Assembly (NCBI GenBank): GCA_965219085.1
Contig: OZ244720.1
Coordinates: forward strand, 1,408,001 to 1,472,000
DNA: 64,000 nucleotides
Direction: 5' to 3'
Source: Dehalococcoidia bacterium
GTDB taxonomy: Bacteria; Chloroflexota; Dehalococcoidia; UBA2979
The notes below the pieces were generated by a model. It did no database searches and had not been told where the DNA came from. It saw nothing but the letters and a program-made list of their open reading frames with translations. The translations under genes were made by a program, and so were the position numbers. Shown here piece by piece: positions 52,694 to 61,385 of the stretch (position 1 is its first letter; the number at the start of each line of letters is the position of its first letter).

Positions 52694-52750
52694 CCGCGCG
52701 CCGTGCGCGCCCGAACCTCTGATCGCGGGGTGTGTCTGGAAGGCGTGCGC

Positions 52751-54010
52751 ATGAGCGCTCGGTGGCTGGCTGCCGTGCTTGCGATGGCGCTGCTCCTGAT
52801 CGCCTGCAACCGCAGCGAGAACGAGGACGTCGACGTCAGTGTCGACGGCTCGCCGGTCCCGTCTCCGACGGCGACGTCAACGGGCACTGCGACCGCCACG
52901 CCACGTGATCCAGCGATGCCCGATAGAACGCCGACGGAGACCGCGGAGGCGGATCGCCTCGACCCCGACGACCTGCGCGGCTTCACGCACCCCGTCGACG
53001 GGGCGTGCCTGCCGTTCACCGAGGCGCTCATGCCGAACGCGCCGCGCGCGTACCGCAACGGCGTGCACGAGGGCGTCGACATCTATCCCGGCTACGCGTG
53101 CGCGCGCGTCGAGCTCAACACGCCCGCCTTCGCGATGCACGACGGTGTCGTGGTGCGCGCGGACCTCGACTACGTCGAGATCTCCCCGGAGCAGGTGAGC
53201 GAGTTCGCCGCCCGCACCGCCCGGCAGGGCAACACCGACCCGGAGACGCTCGACATCTACCGCGGCCGGCAGGTGTGGATCGACCACGGCTCGGGCGTGG
53301 TCGCGCGGTACGCCCACCTCGCCTCGATCGCCGACGGCATCGAGGTCGGCGCGGAGGTGCAGCAGGGGCAGCCCATCGGCGGTATCGGGGAGTCCGGCAC
53401 ACCCGAGTCGGTGCTCGCGCCGGGCACCGACATCCACCTCCACTACGAGGTGCGCGTCGGCGACTCGTTCCTGGGCGACGGGCTCCCCCCCGACATCGTG
53501 CGAGGGCTCTACGAGCGGCTGTTCAGCGACCCCTCGGCGGACAGCGCGAGCGGAGCGCCGCCACCGGTGTTCCGCGTCTACACGGTCAAGGCTGGCGACA
53601 CGGTGTCCTCGGTTGCCGAGCAGTTCGGCCTGCCTGTCTTGCTCGTCGTGTGGAACAACGCCGCCCTCGATACGCCGGTCACTCCCATCGAGGAGGGGCA
53701 GTTGCTTCGCATCCCCGGCGCCGATGGCATCATCCACCGGGTGGTCGCGGGCGAGACGCTCACCAGCATCGCGGATCGCTACGGCGCGAACGTGGGCTCG
53801 ATCGTGAACTTCCCGGCGAACGGGCTCTCGGACCCCAACCTGCTGCACGTCGGCGCGACGATCCTCGTGCCGGGCGGCCGGCCGCCGCCGCCTCCCCCGG
53901 CAGCGCCGACGCCCGAACCGACGCCACAGGCGACAGTGACGCCGGAGCCGACCTCGGACGCAGCACCCACACCGCAGCCGGCGGGGGAGGACGCGTCGGG
54001 CTCGGAGTAG
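52751..54010 (+). CDS. Lipoprotein with M23 peptidase + two LysM domains
   Basis: LIAC lipobox, HEGVDIY, RYAHL, HLHYEVR, then a LysM pair and P/T tail. Confidence 0.9.
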   Translation: MSARWLAAVLAMALLLIACNRSENEDVDVSVDGSPVPSPTATSTGTATATPRDPAMPDRTPTETAEADRLDPDDLRGFTHPVDGACLPFTEALMPNAPRAYRNGVHEGVDIYPGYACARVELNTPAFAMHDGVVVRADLDYVEISPEQVSEFAARTARQGNTDPETLDIYRGRQVWIDHGSGVVARYAHLASIADGIEVGAEVQQGQPIGGIGESGTPESVLAPGTDIHLHYEVRVGDSFLGDGLPPDIVRGLYERLFSDPSADSASGAPPPVFRVYTVKAGDTVSSVAEQFGLPVLLVVWNNAALDTPVTPIEEGQLLRIPGADGIIHRVVAGETLTSIADRYGANVGSIVNFPANGLSDPNLLHVGATILVPGGRPPPPPPAAPTPEPTPQATVTPEPTSDAAPTPQPAGEDASGSE

Positions 54011-54066
54011 GCGTCCGTAGCGACCCTCGCGCTTAGCATGATCGGAGGACGGCGGGAGGCTGCGGC

Positions 54067-54906
54067 GTGCCGGTACTGGCGATCGAGATTGGCTGGGGTC
54101 CGGACATCGCGCAGCTGGGTGGCCTGCTGCTGACCTGGCACGGCGTGTTCACCGCGGTGGGCATCCTGGCCGGCGTGCAGATCGCCCTCCAGCTCGCGAA
54201 GGTCACCGGCTACGACTACGACGACGCCTACGCGCTCGCGCTCGTGGGCATCCCGTGCGGGATCATCGGCGCGCGGCTGCTCTTCGTGGTGGAGGCGTGG
54301 GACTACTACGGCGCCAACCCCGGCGACATCATCCGCATCACCGAGGGCGGCATCTCGATCTGGGGCGCGATCCTCGGCGGGGTCGGGGGCGCGCTCACCT
54401 TCGGGCTCTGGAAGGGCTACCCGGCCGCCCGAGGGCTTGACCTCGCTGCGTTCGGGCTGATCCTCGGCCAGGGCATCGGGCGTCTCGGCGACCTCGTCAA
54501 CGGCGAGCACCTCGCGAAGGCGACGGACCTGCCGTGGGGCGTGATCTACACGCACCCCGACTCGCCGGCGTTCGTGCACTCGCTGACCGTGGGAGCGCAC
54601 CACCCCGCCACGACGTACGAGATGATCGGCGACTTCGTCATCCTCGCGCTGTTGTTCGTGGTGCTGTTCCGCGTGTTCTGGCGCCGCCCGGGGCTGACGT
54701 TCTTCGTGTACCTCGTGGGCTACGCGGTGATGCGGTTCTTCGTCACATACCTGCGCATCGACTCCTCGGACACGTTGCTGCTCGACCTCAAGGTGCCGCA
54801 GCTGGTCTCGGTGCTCGTGATACTCGCAGCGCTCCCCGCGATCTGGTACTTCGCGAAGCAGCCGCCGATCGAGGAGTCCGCGCCGCCGCTGCTGCGTCGC
54901 GGGTAG
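54067..54906 (+). CDS. lgt: Prolipoprotein diacylglyceryl transferase
   Basis: WHG, IIGARL, EGGISIWG, QGIGRLGD.VNGE, HPATTYE, RFF..YLR. Confidence 0.93.
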   Translation: MPVLAIEIGWGPDIAQLGGLLLTWHGVFTAVGILAGVQIALQLAKVTGYDYDDAYALALVGIPCGIIGARLLFVVEAWDYYGANPGDIIRITEGGISIWGAILGGVGGALTFGLWKGYPAARGLDLAAFGLILGQGIGRLGDLVNGEHLAKATDLPWGVIYTHPDSPAFVHSLTVGAHHPATTYEMIGDFVILALLFVVLFRVFWRRPGLTFFVYLVGYAVMRFFVTYLRIDSSDTLLLDLKVPQLVSVLVILAALPAIWYFAKQPPIEESAPPLLRRG

Positions 54907-54922
54907 GGCCGCGGGTAGGCAG

Positions 54923-55186
54923 GTGGCGGAGGGCGTCTCGCAGGTCGTGCTCTACACGCGCGAGGACTGCCGCCTCTGCGTCCACGCCCGCGACGCGCTG
55001 CGCCGGCTCGGCCGCGAGCTGGCGTTCGAACTCCTCGTGGTGGACGTCGACGCCGACCCGTCGCTCGCCGCGCGTTACGGGGATGCCGTGCCGGTGGTGG
55101 CGGTCGACGGTGTCGAGGTGAGCACGGGGCGGATCGATGTCGCGGTGGTGCGGCGGGCGGTGGTGGCGGCGCCGCGCCGGGCTTGA
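54923..55186 (+). CDS. Glutaredoxin-like protein (DUF836)
   Basis: LYTREDCRLC, VDVD.D..L..RYG..VPVV. Confidence 0.88.
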   Translation: MAEGVSQVVLYTREDCRLCVHARDALRRLGRELAFELLVVDVDADPSLAARYGDAVPVVAVDGVEVSTGRIDVAVVRRAVVAAPRRA

Positions 55187-55220
55187 AGGCAACAGAAGTG
55201 TTGCGTAAAGTGGGGTGTGA

Positions 55221-55408
55221 GTGCGCGCGCGCGAGTTCCAACGATGGCTGCGGAGGCAGGGCTGCTCGTTCGAGACCCGGAGGGGTGGCAGCGGGCATAT
55301 CACCGTGCGCTCGGGAACCGGAAGACATCGATGCCGATGCACGGCAGTCGGAAAGAGTTGGGACCAGGACTGGTCGCCAAGATCAAGAAAGACCCGGGGT
55401 TGGACTGA
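55221..55408 (+). pseudogene. hicA: HicA toxin, frameshifted
   Basis: Frame 1 (M)RAREFQRWLRRQGCSFETRRGGSGHITVR; frame 2 LGNRKTSMPMHGSRKELGPGLVAKIKKD; one base missing near 55310. Confidence 0.82.
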
Positions 55409-55830
55409 TGCTGGAGTACCCGATCATCCTCGAGGAGGACGACAACGACACGTTGCTCGTGACCTCGCCCGACTTCCCGGAGCTCACCACGTTCGGCGAC
55501 GACCGCGCCGAGGCGATCGCGCGGGCCGTCGATGCGCTCGAGGAGGTGATCGCGGCGCGCATGTACGACCGGGAGGACATCCCGCCCCCGTCGACAGGGG
55601 ACGCCTACGTCGCCCTTCCGACTCTCACCTCAGTGAAGGTGATGCTGTACCAGGGAATGCGCGACGAGGGCGTAGGTAAGGCCGAACTCGCGCGCCGACT
55701 CGGGTGGCACATGCCGCAGGTCGATCGCGTGCTCGACATCAATCACCGCTCGCGGCTCGACCAGATGGACGCAGCCCTCGGCGCCATCGGTCGGCGCTTG
55801 CAGGTGACTACGGCGGCGGCGCCGCGATAG
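55408..55830 (+). CDS. hicB: HicB antitoxin with C-terminal HTH
   Basis: YPIILEEDD...LVTSPDFPEL.TFGDD..EA...A.DAL, IPPPS, KAELARRLGW...QVDR. Confidence 0.9.
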   Translation: MLEYPIILEEDDNDTLLVTSPDFPELTTFGDDRAEAIARAVDALEEVIAARMYDREDIPPPSTGDAYVALPTLTSVKVMLYQGMRDEGVGKAELARRLGWHMPQVDRVLDINHRSRLDQMDAALGAIGRRLQVTTAAAPR

Positions 55831-55866
55831 CTCGACCCAACGTGAGGCGGCTCGCGGGCCCTCCGG

Positions 55867-55895
55867 TTGACACTCCCGTAACGCGTTCATAGCCT
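55867..55895 (+). promoter_or_regulatory. Sigma-70-type promoter for the thrC-like operon
   Basis: TTGACA-N17-TAGCCT. Confidence 0.65.
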
Positions 55896-56123
55896 CACAC
55901 GTGCGCCCCGCGACGGCAGATGCCCGCTCATGGCGGCGATGGACGAAGGCAGCCCGTGGCGCTCCGAACCTCCGACATGCGTCTGCTCCCGGCCGCCCCC
56001 AGTGGGCTGCATGGTGGCCGCATGGTGATGCGCTAGCCCGCGCGTCCTCGCTCGGCGAGGGCGACGGCGGGCCTCCCCTGTCCGGCCAACGAACCCTCGA
56101 CGAACCCAAAGGCCCACCCCACC

Positions 56124-57392
56124 ATGCCCTACGCACAGGCCCTCCGATGCCGGGAGTGCGGGCGGGAGTATCCGCTCGAACCCTCCTTCTTCTGCCAGTT
56201 CTGCTTCGGTCCGCTCGAGGTCGACTACGACTACGAGGCGATCTCGAAGGTCATGACCCGCGAGTCCGTGGCCGCCGGGCCGCCCACGCTCTGGCGCTAC
56301 GCCCCGCTGCTGCCGTGCGACCCCGACTACAAGGTCGACCTCGGCACCGGCTTCACGCCGCTGCTGCGCGCCGACCGCCTCGCCGACGCGCTCGGGCTGG
56401 AGCGGCTGTGGCTGAAGAACGACACCGTGAACCCGACGTGGTCGTTCAAGGATCGTGTCGTCTCCGTGGCGATCGCGCGCGCCCGCGAGTTCGGCTTCAC
56501 GGGCATCGCCTGCGCAAGCACGGGCAACCTCGCCAACTCGGTGGCGGCGCATGGCGCGCACGCCGGCATGGACACCTTCGTGTTCATCCCCGACGACCTC
56601 GAGGAGGGCAAGGTCGTGGGCAGTGCGATCTACGCGCCCGCGCTCGTGATGGTGCGGGGCTCCTACGATGACGTGAACCGGATGTGTACCGAGCTCTCCC
56701 AAGACCAGCCGTGGGCGTTCGTGAACATCAACGTGCGGCCCTACTACGCCGAAGGCTCCCGCACCCTCGCCTACGAGGTCGCCGAGCAGCTTGGCTGGCG
56801 CTCGCCGGACCACTGCGTGGTCCCGATGGCGTCGGGCTCGCTCTACACCAAGATCTGGAAGGGCTTCAAGGAGCTGCACCAGGTGGGGCTCATCGATGAG
56901 CCCTCGACGCGTATGTCCGGCGCGCAGGCGGCCGGCTGCTCGCCGATCTCGACGGCGTACGCCGAAGGCACGCTCAACTTCCGCCCGCAGAAGCCGAACA
57001 CCATCGCCCGCTCGCTCGCCATCGGCAACCCGGCCGACGGCTACTACGCGCTGAAGACGATGCAGGAGACGGGCGGCGGCGCCGAGATGGCGACCGACCC
57101 GGAGATCGTCGACGCCGTGAAGCTGCTCGCGGAGACCGAGGGCATCTTCGCCGAGAGCGCCGGCGGCGTGACCGTCGCCTGCCTCAAGCGCATGGTCGAG
57201 AGCGGGCACATCCGCCGCGACGAGGAGACGGTCGTGTTCATCACCGGCGGCGGGCTGAAGACGATCGAGGCGGTACAGGGACACCTCGAAGAGCCCCTGC
57301 GCGTGCCGGCCAACTCGGACGCGTTCGTGGAAGCATTCGAGGCGCGCCGCGCCGCGCAGGCCGGCGTCGCCGTGACGGCAGGTGGTGCGTGA
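56124..57392 (+). CDS. thrC: Threonine synthase-like PLP enzyme (MoaD-associated type)
   Basis: N-terminal CRECG..CQFCFGPLEV, NPTWSFKDR, ASTGNLANS, NINVRPYYAEGSRT, LAIGNPADG, ITGGGLKT. Confidence 0.88.
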   Translation: MPYAQALRCRECGREYPLEPSFFCQFCFGPLEVDYDYEAISKVMTRESVAAGPPTLWRYAPLLPCDPDYKVDLGTGFTPLLRADRLADALGLERLWLKNDTVNPTWSFKDRVVSVAIARAREFGFTGIACASTGNLANSVAAHGAHAGMDTFVFIPDDLEEGKVVGSAIYAPALVMVRGSYDDVNRMCTELSQDQPWAFVNINVRPYYAEGSRTLAYEVAEQLGWRSPDHCVVPMASGSLYTKIWKGFKELHQVGLIDEPSTRMSGAQAAGCSPISTAYAEGTLNFRPQKPNTIARSLAIGNPADGYYALKTMQETGGGAEMATDPEIVDAVKLLAETEGIFAESAGGVTVACLKRMVESGHIRRDEETVVFITGGGLKTIEAVQGHLEEPLRVPANSDAFVEAFEARRAAQAGVAVTAGGA

Positions 57393-57637
57393 TGGCGAAG
57401 CGACATGTGCGGTTCACGTTCGAGCCGAACCTCATCCAGGAGCCGCTCATCTACCTGCTCGGGCACGAGTTCCGGGTGGTCACGAACATCCGCATGGCGG
57501 ATGTCGACGAGCACGTGGGATGGGTCGTGCTGGAGCTCGAGGGCGAGTCCGACGAGATCGCGCGCAGCCTGGAGTGGGCGCGCGGAAAGGGCGTGCGCGT
57601 CGACGACGCGACGCTCGGCGACGTGGTCGAAGGCTAG
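57392..57637 (+). CDS. Stand-alone NIL domain protein
   Basis: VRFTF...LIQEPLIY.L...F.V.TNI..A.V....GWVVLELEG...GVRV. Confidence 0.88.
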   Translation: MAKRHVRFTFEPNLIQEPLIYLLGHEFRVVTNIRMADVDEHVGWVVLELEGESDEIARSLEWARGKGVRVDDATLGDVVEG

Positions 57638-57650
57638 CATCCCGGCCCAG

Positions 57651-57925
57651 CCTGCGGGGTATCCCCGCGTGAGAGCCTGCGGGGTATCCCCGCGTGAGAG
57701 CCTGCGGGGTATCCCTGCGTGAGAGCCTGCGGGGTATCCCTGCGTGAGAGCCTGCGGGGTATCCCCGCGTGAGAGCCTGCGGGGTATCCCCGCGTGAGAG
57801 CCTGCGGGGTATCCCCGCGTGAGAGCCTGCGGGGTATCCCCGCGTGAGAGCCTGCGGGGTATCCCCGCGTGAGAGCCTGCGGGGTATCCCCGCGTGAGAG
57901 CCTGCGGGGCATCCCCGCGTGAGAG
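57651..57925. repeat. Tandem array, 11 x 25 bp, palindromic unit, no spacers
   Basis: Unit CCTGCGGGGTATCCCCGCGTGAGAG; units 3-4 share a C>T and unit 11 has a T>C. Confidence 0.97.
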
Positions 57926-57953
57926 GTTGCGCGAACACGAGAGGAAGGCCGCA

Positions 57954-58232
57954 ATGGCGGTGACCGTGAAGATTCCCACCCCCCTGCGCGAGCTCACCGC
58001 CGACCAGGGCACGGTGACGGCGGACGGCGCGAGCACGCTGCTCGAGCTGGTCGAACACCTCGAGGCGACGTACCCGGGCATGCGCGAGCGGCTGTGCGGC
58101 GACGACGGAGAGCTGCGGCGCTTCGTCAACGTGTTCGTCAACGGCGAGGACGTGCGCTACCTCTCCGGCCTGGACAGCGCGCTGTCCGAGGGCGACGAGG
58201 TGTCGATCGTCCCGGCCGTCGCGGGCGGGTAG
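57954..58232 (+). CDS. Ubiquitin-like sulfur carrier (MoaD/ThiS/CysO family) 1
   Basis: VTVKIPTPLR, RRFVNVFVNGEDVR, SIVPAVAGG-stop. Confidence 0.95.
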   Translation: MAVTVKIPTPLRELTADQGTVTADGASTLLELVEHLEATYPGMRERLCGDDGELRRFVNVFVNGEDVRYLSGLDSALSEGDEVSIVPAVAGG

Positions 58233-58269
58233 GGCCACTGCCACGTCCGCGATGACGACCCGGACGGCC

Positions 58270-58278
58270 TGCTACAAT
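58270..58278 (+). promoter_or_regulatory. Extended -10 element upstream of the Rrf2 gene
   Basis: TG-C-TACAAT. Confidence 0.5.
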
Positions 58279-58371
58279 GTTGAGCGACGAACTCGACAAT
58301 TCCGCCGCGACTGCCGGCGGGGGCAGGCCGGGGTTCCCCCGATGTGGGGATACCCCGGGCCGGGCGAAGCG

Positions 58372-58818
58372 ATGAGACTCAGCACCAAGAGCGACTACGG
58401 CGTGCGGGCGCTCATCGAGCTCGCGCTCAGCGGCGACGGCGCGCCGGTGCAGCGCGCCGAGATCGCCTCGCGGCAGCACATCCCGGAGTCGTACCTCGAC
58501 CATCTGCTCGCGCAGCTCCGGCGCGACGGCTTCGTGCGCAGCGTGCGCGGCCCCGGCGGCGGACACCTGCTCACGCGCGAGCCGGAGGAGATGTGCCTGC
58601 TGCACGTCATCGAGAGCCTCGAGGGCTCCGTGGCGCCGATCGCCTGCCTGGAAGAGGGCGGCGAGTGCTCGCACGAGCCCGGCGAGTGCGTGCAGCGCTG
58701 GGTGTGGGAAGACATCTACGAGGAGACGCGCCGCCGCCTGCGCGCCGTCTCGCTGGCGGACCTCGCCGAGCGCGTGCGCGATCGGCGCCGCCGAGCCGCG
58801 GCGAACTACTCGATCTGA
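58372..58818 (+). CDS. Rrf2 family regulator (IscR/CymR-like, three-Cys cluster)
   Basis: MRLSTKSDYGVRALIELA, IPESYL..LL..L...G.V.SVRGPGGG, CLEEGGECSHEPGEC. Confidence 0.93.
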   Translation: MRLSTKSDYGVRALIELALSGDGAPVQRAEIASRQHIPESYLDHLLAQLRRDGFVRSVRGPGGGHLLTREPEEMCLLHVIESLEGSVAPIACLEEGGECSHEPGECVQRWVWEDIYEETRRRLRAVSLADLAERVRDRRRRAAANYSI

Positions 58819-58873
58819 CCAGCTTGCCCGGAACGAGACGAGGACGCGCGTGAACCACGAGGGTGGGTACCCG

Positions 58874-59791
58874 ATGCAGCCGGCTATCGCCGACTCGGTG
58901 CTTGATCTCGTCGGCGCCACCCCGCTCGTGCGGCTCGGCCGCGTCACGCCCGAGGGCTGCGCCGAGGTGCTCGGGAAGCTCGAGGCGCGCAACCCGGCCG
59001 GGTCCGTGAAGGACCGCATCGCGCTGCGCATGGTCGAGTCGGCCGAGCGCGAGGGCCTCATTCACCCCGGCGATACGCTCGTCGAGCCGACCTCGGGCAA
59101 CACCGGGATCGGGCTGGCGATGGTGTGCGCGCGCAAGGGCTACCAGCTCGTGCTGACGATGCCCGAGGACATGAGCCTGGAGCGGCGACGGCTACTCGAA
59201 CGCTTCGGCGCGGCGCTGCACCTCACCCCGGCGATCGAGGGCATGACCGGCGCGGTCTACGCCGCCGAGGAGCTCGTCGGGCGCCACGGCTACTTCATGC
59301 CGCAGCAGTTCGACAACCCCGCCAACCCGCAGGTACACCGCGACACCACCGGCCCCGAAATCCTCGACGCCATCGGGGGCGAGATCGACGCCTTCGTCGC
59401 CGGCGTCGGGACGGGCGGAACGATCACGGGCGTGGGCGAGGTGCTGCGCGAAGCGGGCATCGATGTCCGCATCGTCGCGGTCGAGCCCGCGCGGTCGGCG
59501 GTGTTGCAGGGAGAGCGCGCGGGGCTGCACGGTATCCAGGGCATCGGCGCGTCGTTCGTGCCGAACGTGCTCAACCGCGACATCTACGACGAGGTCATGA
59601 GCGTCCGCGACGAAGACGCGTACGCGATGGCGAGCCGGCTGACCAAGGAGGAGGGCCTGCTGGTGGGCATCTCCGCGGGCGCGAACGTGTGGGCCTCGAT
59701 CGAGGTCGGCATGCAACTCGGGCCCGGCAGTCGGGTGGTGACGATGCTGTGTGACACGGGAGAACGGTACCTGAGCGTGCCGCTCGAGTAG
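58874..59791 (+). CDS. cysK: Cysteine synthase A
   Basis: KLEARNPAGSVKDRIA, EPTSGNTGIGLA, QQFDNPAN, GVGTGGTITG, IQGIGA, DTGERYLS. Confidence 0.93.
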   Translation: MQPAIADSVLDLVGATPLVRLGRVTPEGCAEVLGKLEARNPAGSVKDRIALRMVESAEREGLIHPGDTLVEPTSGNTGIGLAMVCARKGYQLVLTMPEDMSLERRRLLERFGAALHLTPAIEGMTGAVYAAEELVGRHGYFMPQQFDNPANPQVHRDTTGPEILDAIGGEIDAFVAGVGTGGTITGVGEVLREAGIDVRIVAVEPARSAVLQGERAGLHGIQGIGASFVPNVLNRDIYDEVMSVRDEDAYAMASRLTKEEGLLVGISAGANVWASIEVGMQLGPGSRVVTMLCDTGERYLSVPLE

Positions 59792-59877
59792 CGGCGCGCA
59801 CAGCGATGCAGTCGAGGAAGCACGCAAGTCCCGCCCAGGCGAAGATGGCGGGACGGACAGAGGAAGAGGAGCAAGGC

Positions 59878-61020
59878 ATGGCGGTGAGTGTGTACATCCC
59901 CACCCCGTTCCGGCGGCTCACGGCAAACCGTGAGTACGTCCAGGCCGAGGGCGCGAGCGTCGGCGAGGTGCTCGACGGGCTGGCGGAGCGCTTCCCGGGC
60001 CTCGACATGCTCGTCTACGACGAGCACCGCGAGGTGCCGGCGCACATCAACATCTACGTGAACAACCAGGAGATCCACGACCTGGACGGCACCGCGACGC
60101 CGCTCGGCGACGGTGACCAGATGGCCGTGATCCCCGCCCTCGCGGGCGGCGCGCCCGACGGCGCGGCCGGCAATGGGGGTGGCGGAACCGCACCGAGCGC
60201 CGCGCTCACGCCCGACGAGGCGATGCGCTACTCGCGCCACATCATCATGTCGCAGGTGGGGTCGATCGGGCAGCGCCAGCTGCGCAACTCGAAGGTGCTG
60301 GTCGTGGGCGCGGGCGGGCTCGGCTCGCCGGTGGCGATCTACCTCGCGCTCGCCGGCGTCGGCACCATCGGGCTCGTCGACTTCGACATCGTCGACCTCT
60401 CGAACCTGCAGCGGCAGCTGCTGCACCAGACGGAGGACGTGGGCCGGCCGAAGATCGAGTCGGCGGTGGACTCGCTGCACTCGTACAACCCGCACGTGCG
60501 GGTGGTGACGCACGCCGCGCCGCTCACCTCCGAGAACGCGATGGAGATCCTGACCGACTACGAGATCGTCGTGAACGGCGCTGACAACTTCGCCACGCGC
60601 TACCTGGTGAACGACGCCGCCTACCTGCTCGGCAAGACCCTCGTCGACGGCTCGATCCTGCTGTTCGACGGGCAGGCGACGGTGTTCGAGCCCGGCGAGG
60701 GCTGCTACCGCTGCCTCTACCCCACGCCGCCGCCGCCGGGGCTGGTGCCCTCGTGCGCCGAGGCGGGCGTGCTGGGCTCGATCACCGGCATCGTCGGCTC
60801 CATCCAGGCGACCGAGGTGTTCAAGCAGGTGCTGGACATCGGCCGCCCGCTCACCGGCCGGCTGCTGCTGGTGGACGCGTTGACGATGGAGTTCCGCGAG
60901 ATGAAGCTCCGCCGCGACCCGGATTGCCCACTCTGCGGCGATGAGCCGACCGTGACAGAACTCATCGACTACGACGCGTTCTGCGGATCGCCGCCGCTCG
61001 ACTGGGAGCCGATGAACTAA
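59878..61020 (+). CDS. moeB: Fusion of ubiquitin-like (MoaD) domain and MoeB/ThiF E1-like adenylyltransferase
   Basis: N-terminal VSVYIPTPFR...VIPALAGG, Gly linker, RYSRH, VVGAGGLGSP, DLSNLQRQ, CYRC, PSCAEAGVLG, CPLCG; no rhodanese domain. Confidence 0.92.
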   Translation: MAVSVYIPTPFRRLTANREYVQAEGASVGEVLDGLAERFPGLDMLVYDEHREVPAHINIYVNNQEIHDLDGTATPLGDGDQMAVIPALAGGAPDGAAGNGGGGTAPSAALTPDEAMRYSRHIIMSQVGSIGQRQLRNSKVLVVGAGGLGSPVAIYLALAGVGTIGLVDFDIVDLSNLQRQLLHQTEDVGRPKIESAVDSLHSYNPHVRVVTHAAPLTSENAMEILTDYEIVVNGADNFATRYLVNDAAYLLGKTLVDGSILLFDGQATVFEPGEGCYRCLYPTPPPPGLVPSCAEAGVLGSITGIVGSIQATEVFKQVLDIGRPLTGRLLLVDALTMEFREMKLRRDPDCPLCGDEPTVTELIDYDAFCGSPPLDWEPMN

Positions 61021-61097
61021 CGCCGGCGCGCAAGCGCCATCCGCCCGGAGCGGCCGGCAAGGAACGGCCCGCCACCGGGCCTGGAGGGGAGACCACT

Positions 61098-61373
61098 TTG
61101 GCCGTGCAGGTGCACGTGACATCCGTGATCCAGCGCGTCGTGGGCGGGCAACGCACGCTCAGCGCCGACGGCGGCACGGTGATCGAGATGATCGACGACA
61201 TCGAGGCGCGCTACCCGGGCTTCCGCGACACGCTCGTGGGCGAAGACGGCAAGCTGTACCGCTTCGTGAACATCTACCTCAACAACGAGGACGTGCGGTT
61301 CATGGACGGGGCCGAGACGGAGCTCTCCGAGGGCGACGAGGTCTCGATCCTGCCCGCCCTGGCCGGGGGCTAG
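61098..61373 (+). CDS. Ubiquitin-like sulfur carrier (CysO-like)
   Basis: RFVNIYLNNEDVRF, SILPALAGG-stop; directly upstream of cysM. Confidence 0.93.
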   Translation: MAVQVHVTSVIQRVVGGQRTLSADGGTVIEMIDDIEARYPGFRDTLVGEDGKLYRFVNIYLNNEDVRFMDGAETELSEGDEVSILPALAGG

Positions 61374-61385
61374 GGGAACGCGGAC

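Noticed and set aside
55896-56123. SAM-I / SAM-IV riboswitch
   Set aside because: Consensus elements are not recognisable by eye; kept only as an unexplained leader
57651-57925. CRISPR array (CCCCGC...GCGGGG resembles type I-E repeats)
   Set aside because: Units are directly contiguous with no unique spacers, and there are no cas genes in the window
57044-58244. Long minus-strand ORFs with periodic RGDTPQALTRGYPAGSHAGIP
   Set aside because: These are translations of the stop-free 25-bp array, antisense to well-supported genes
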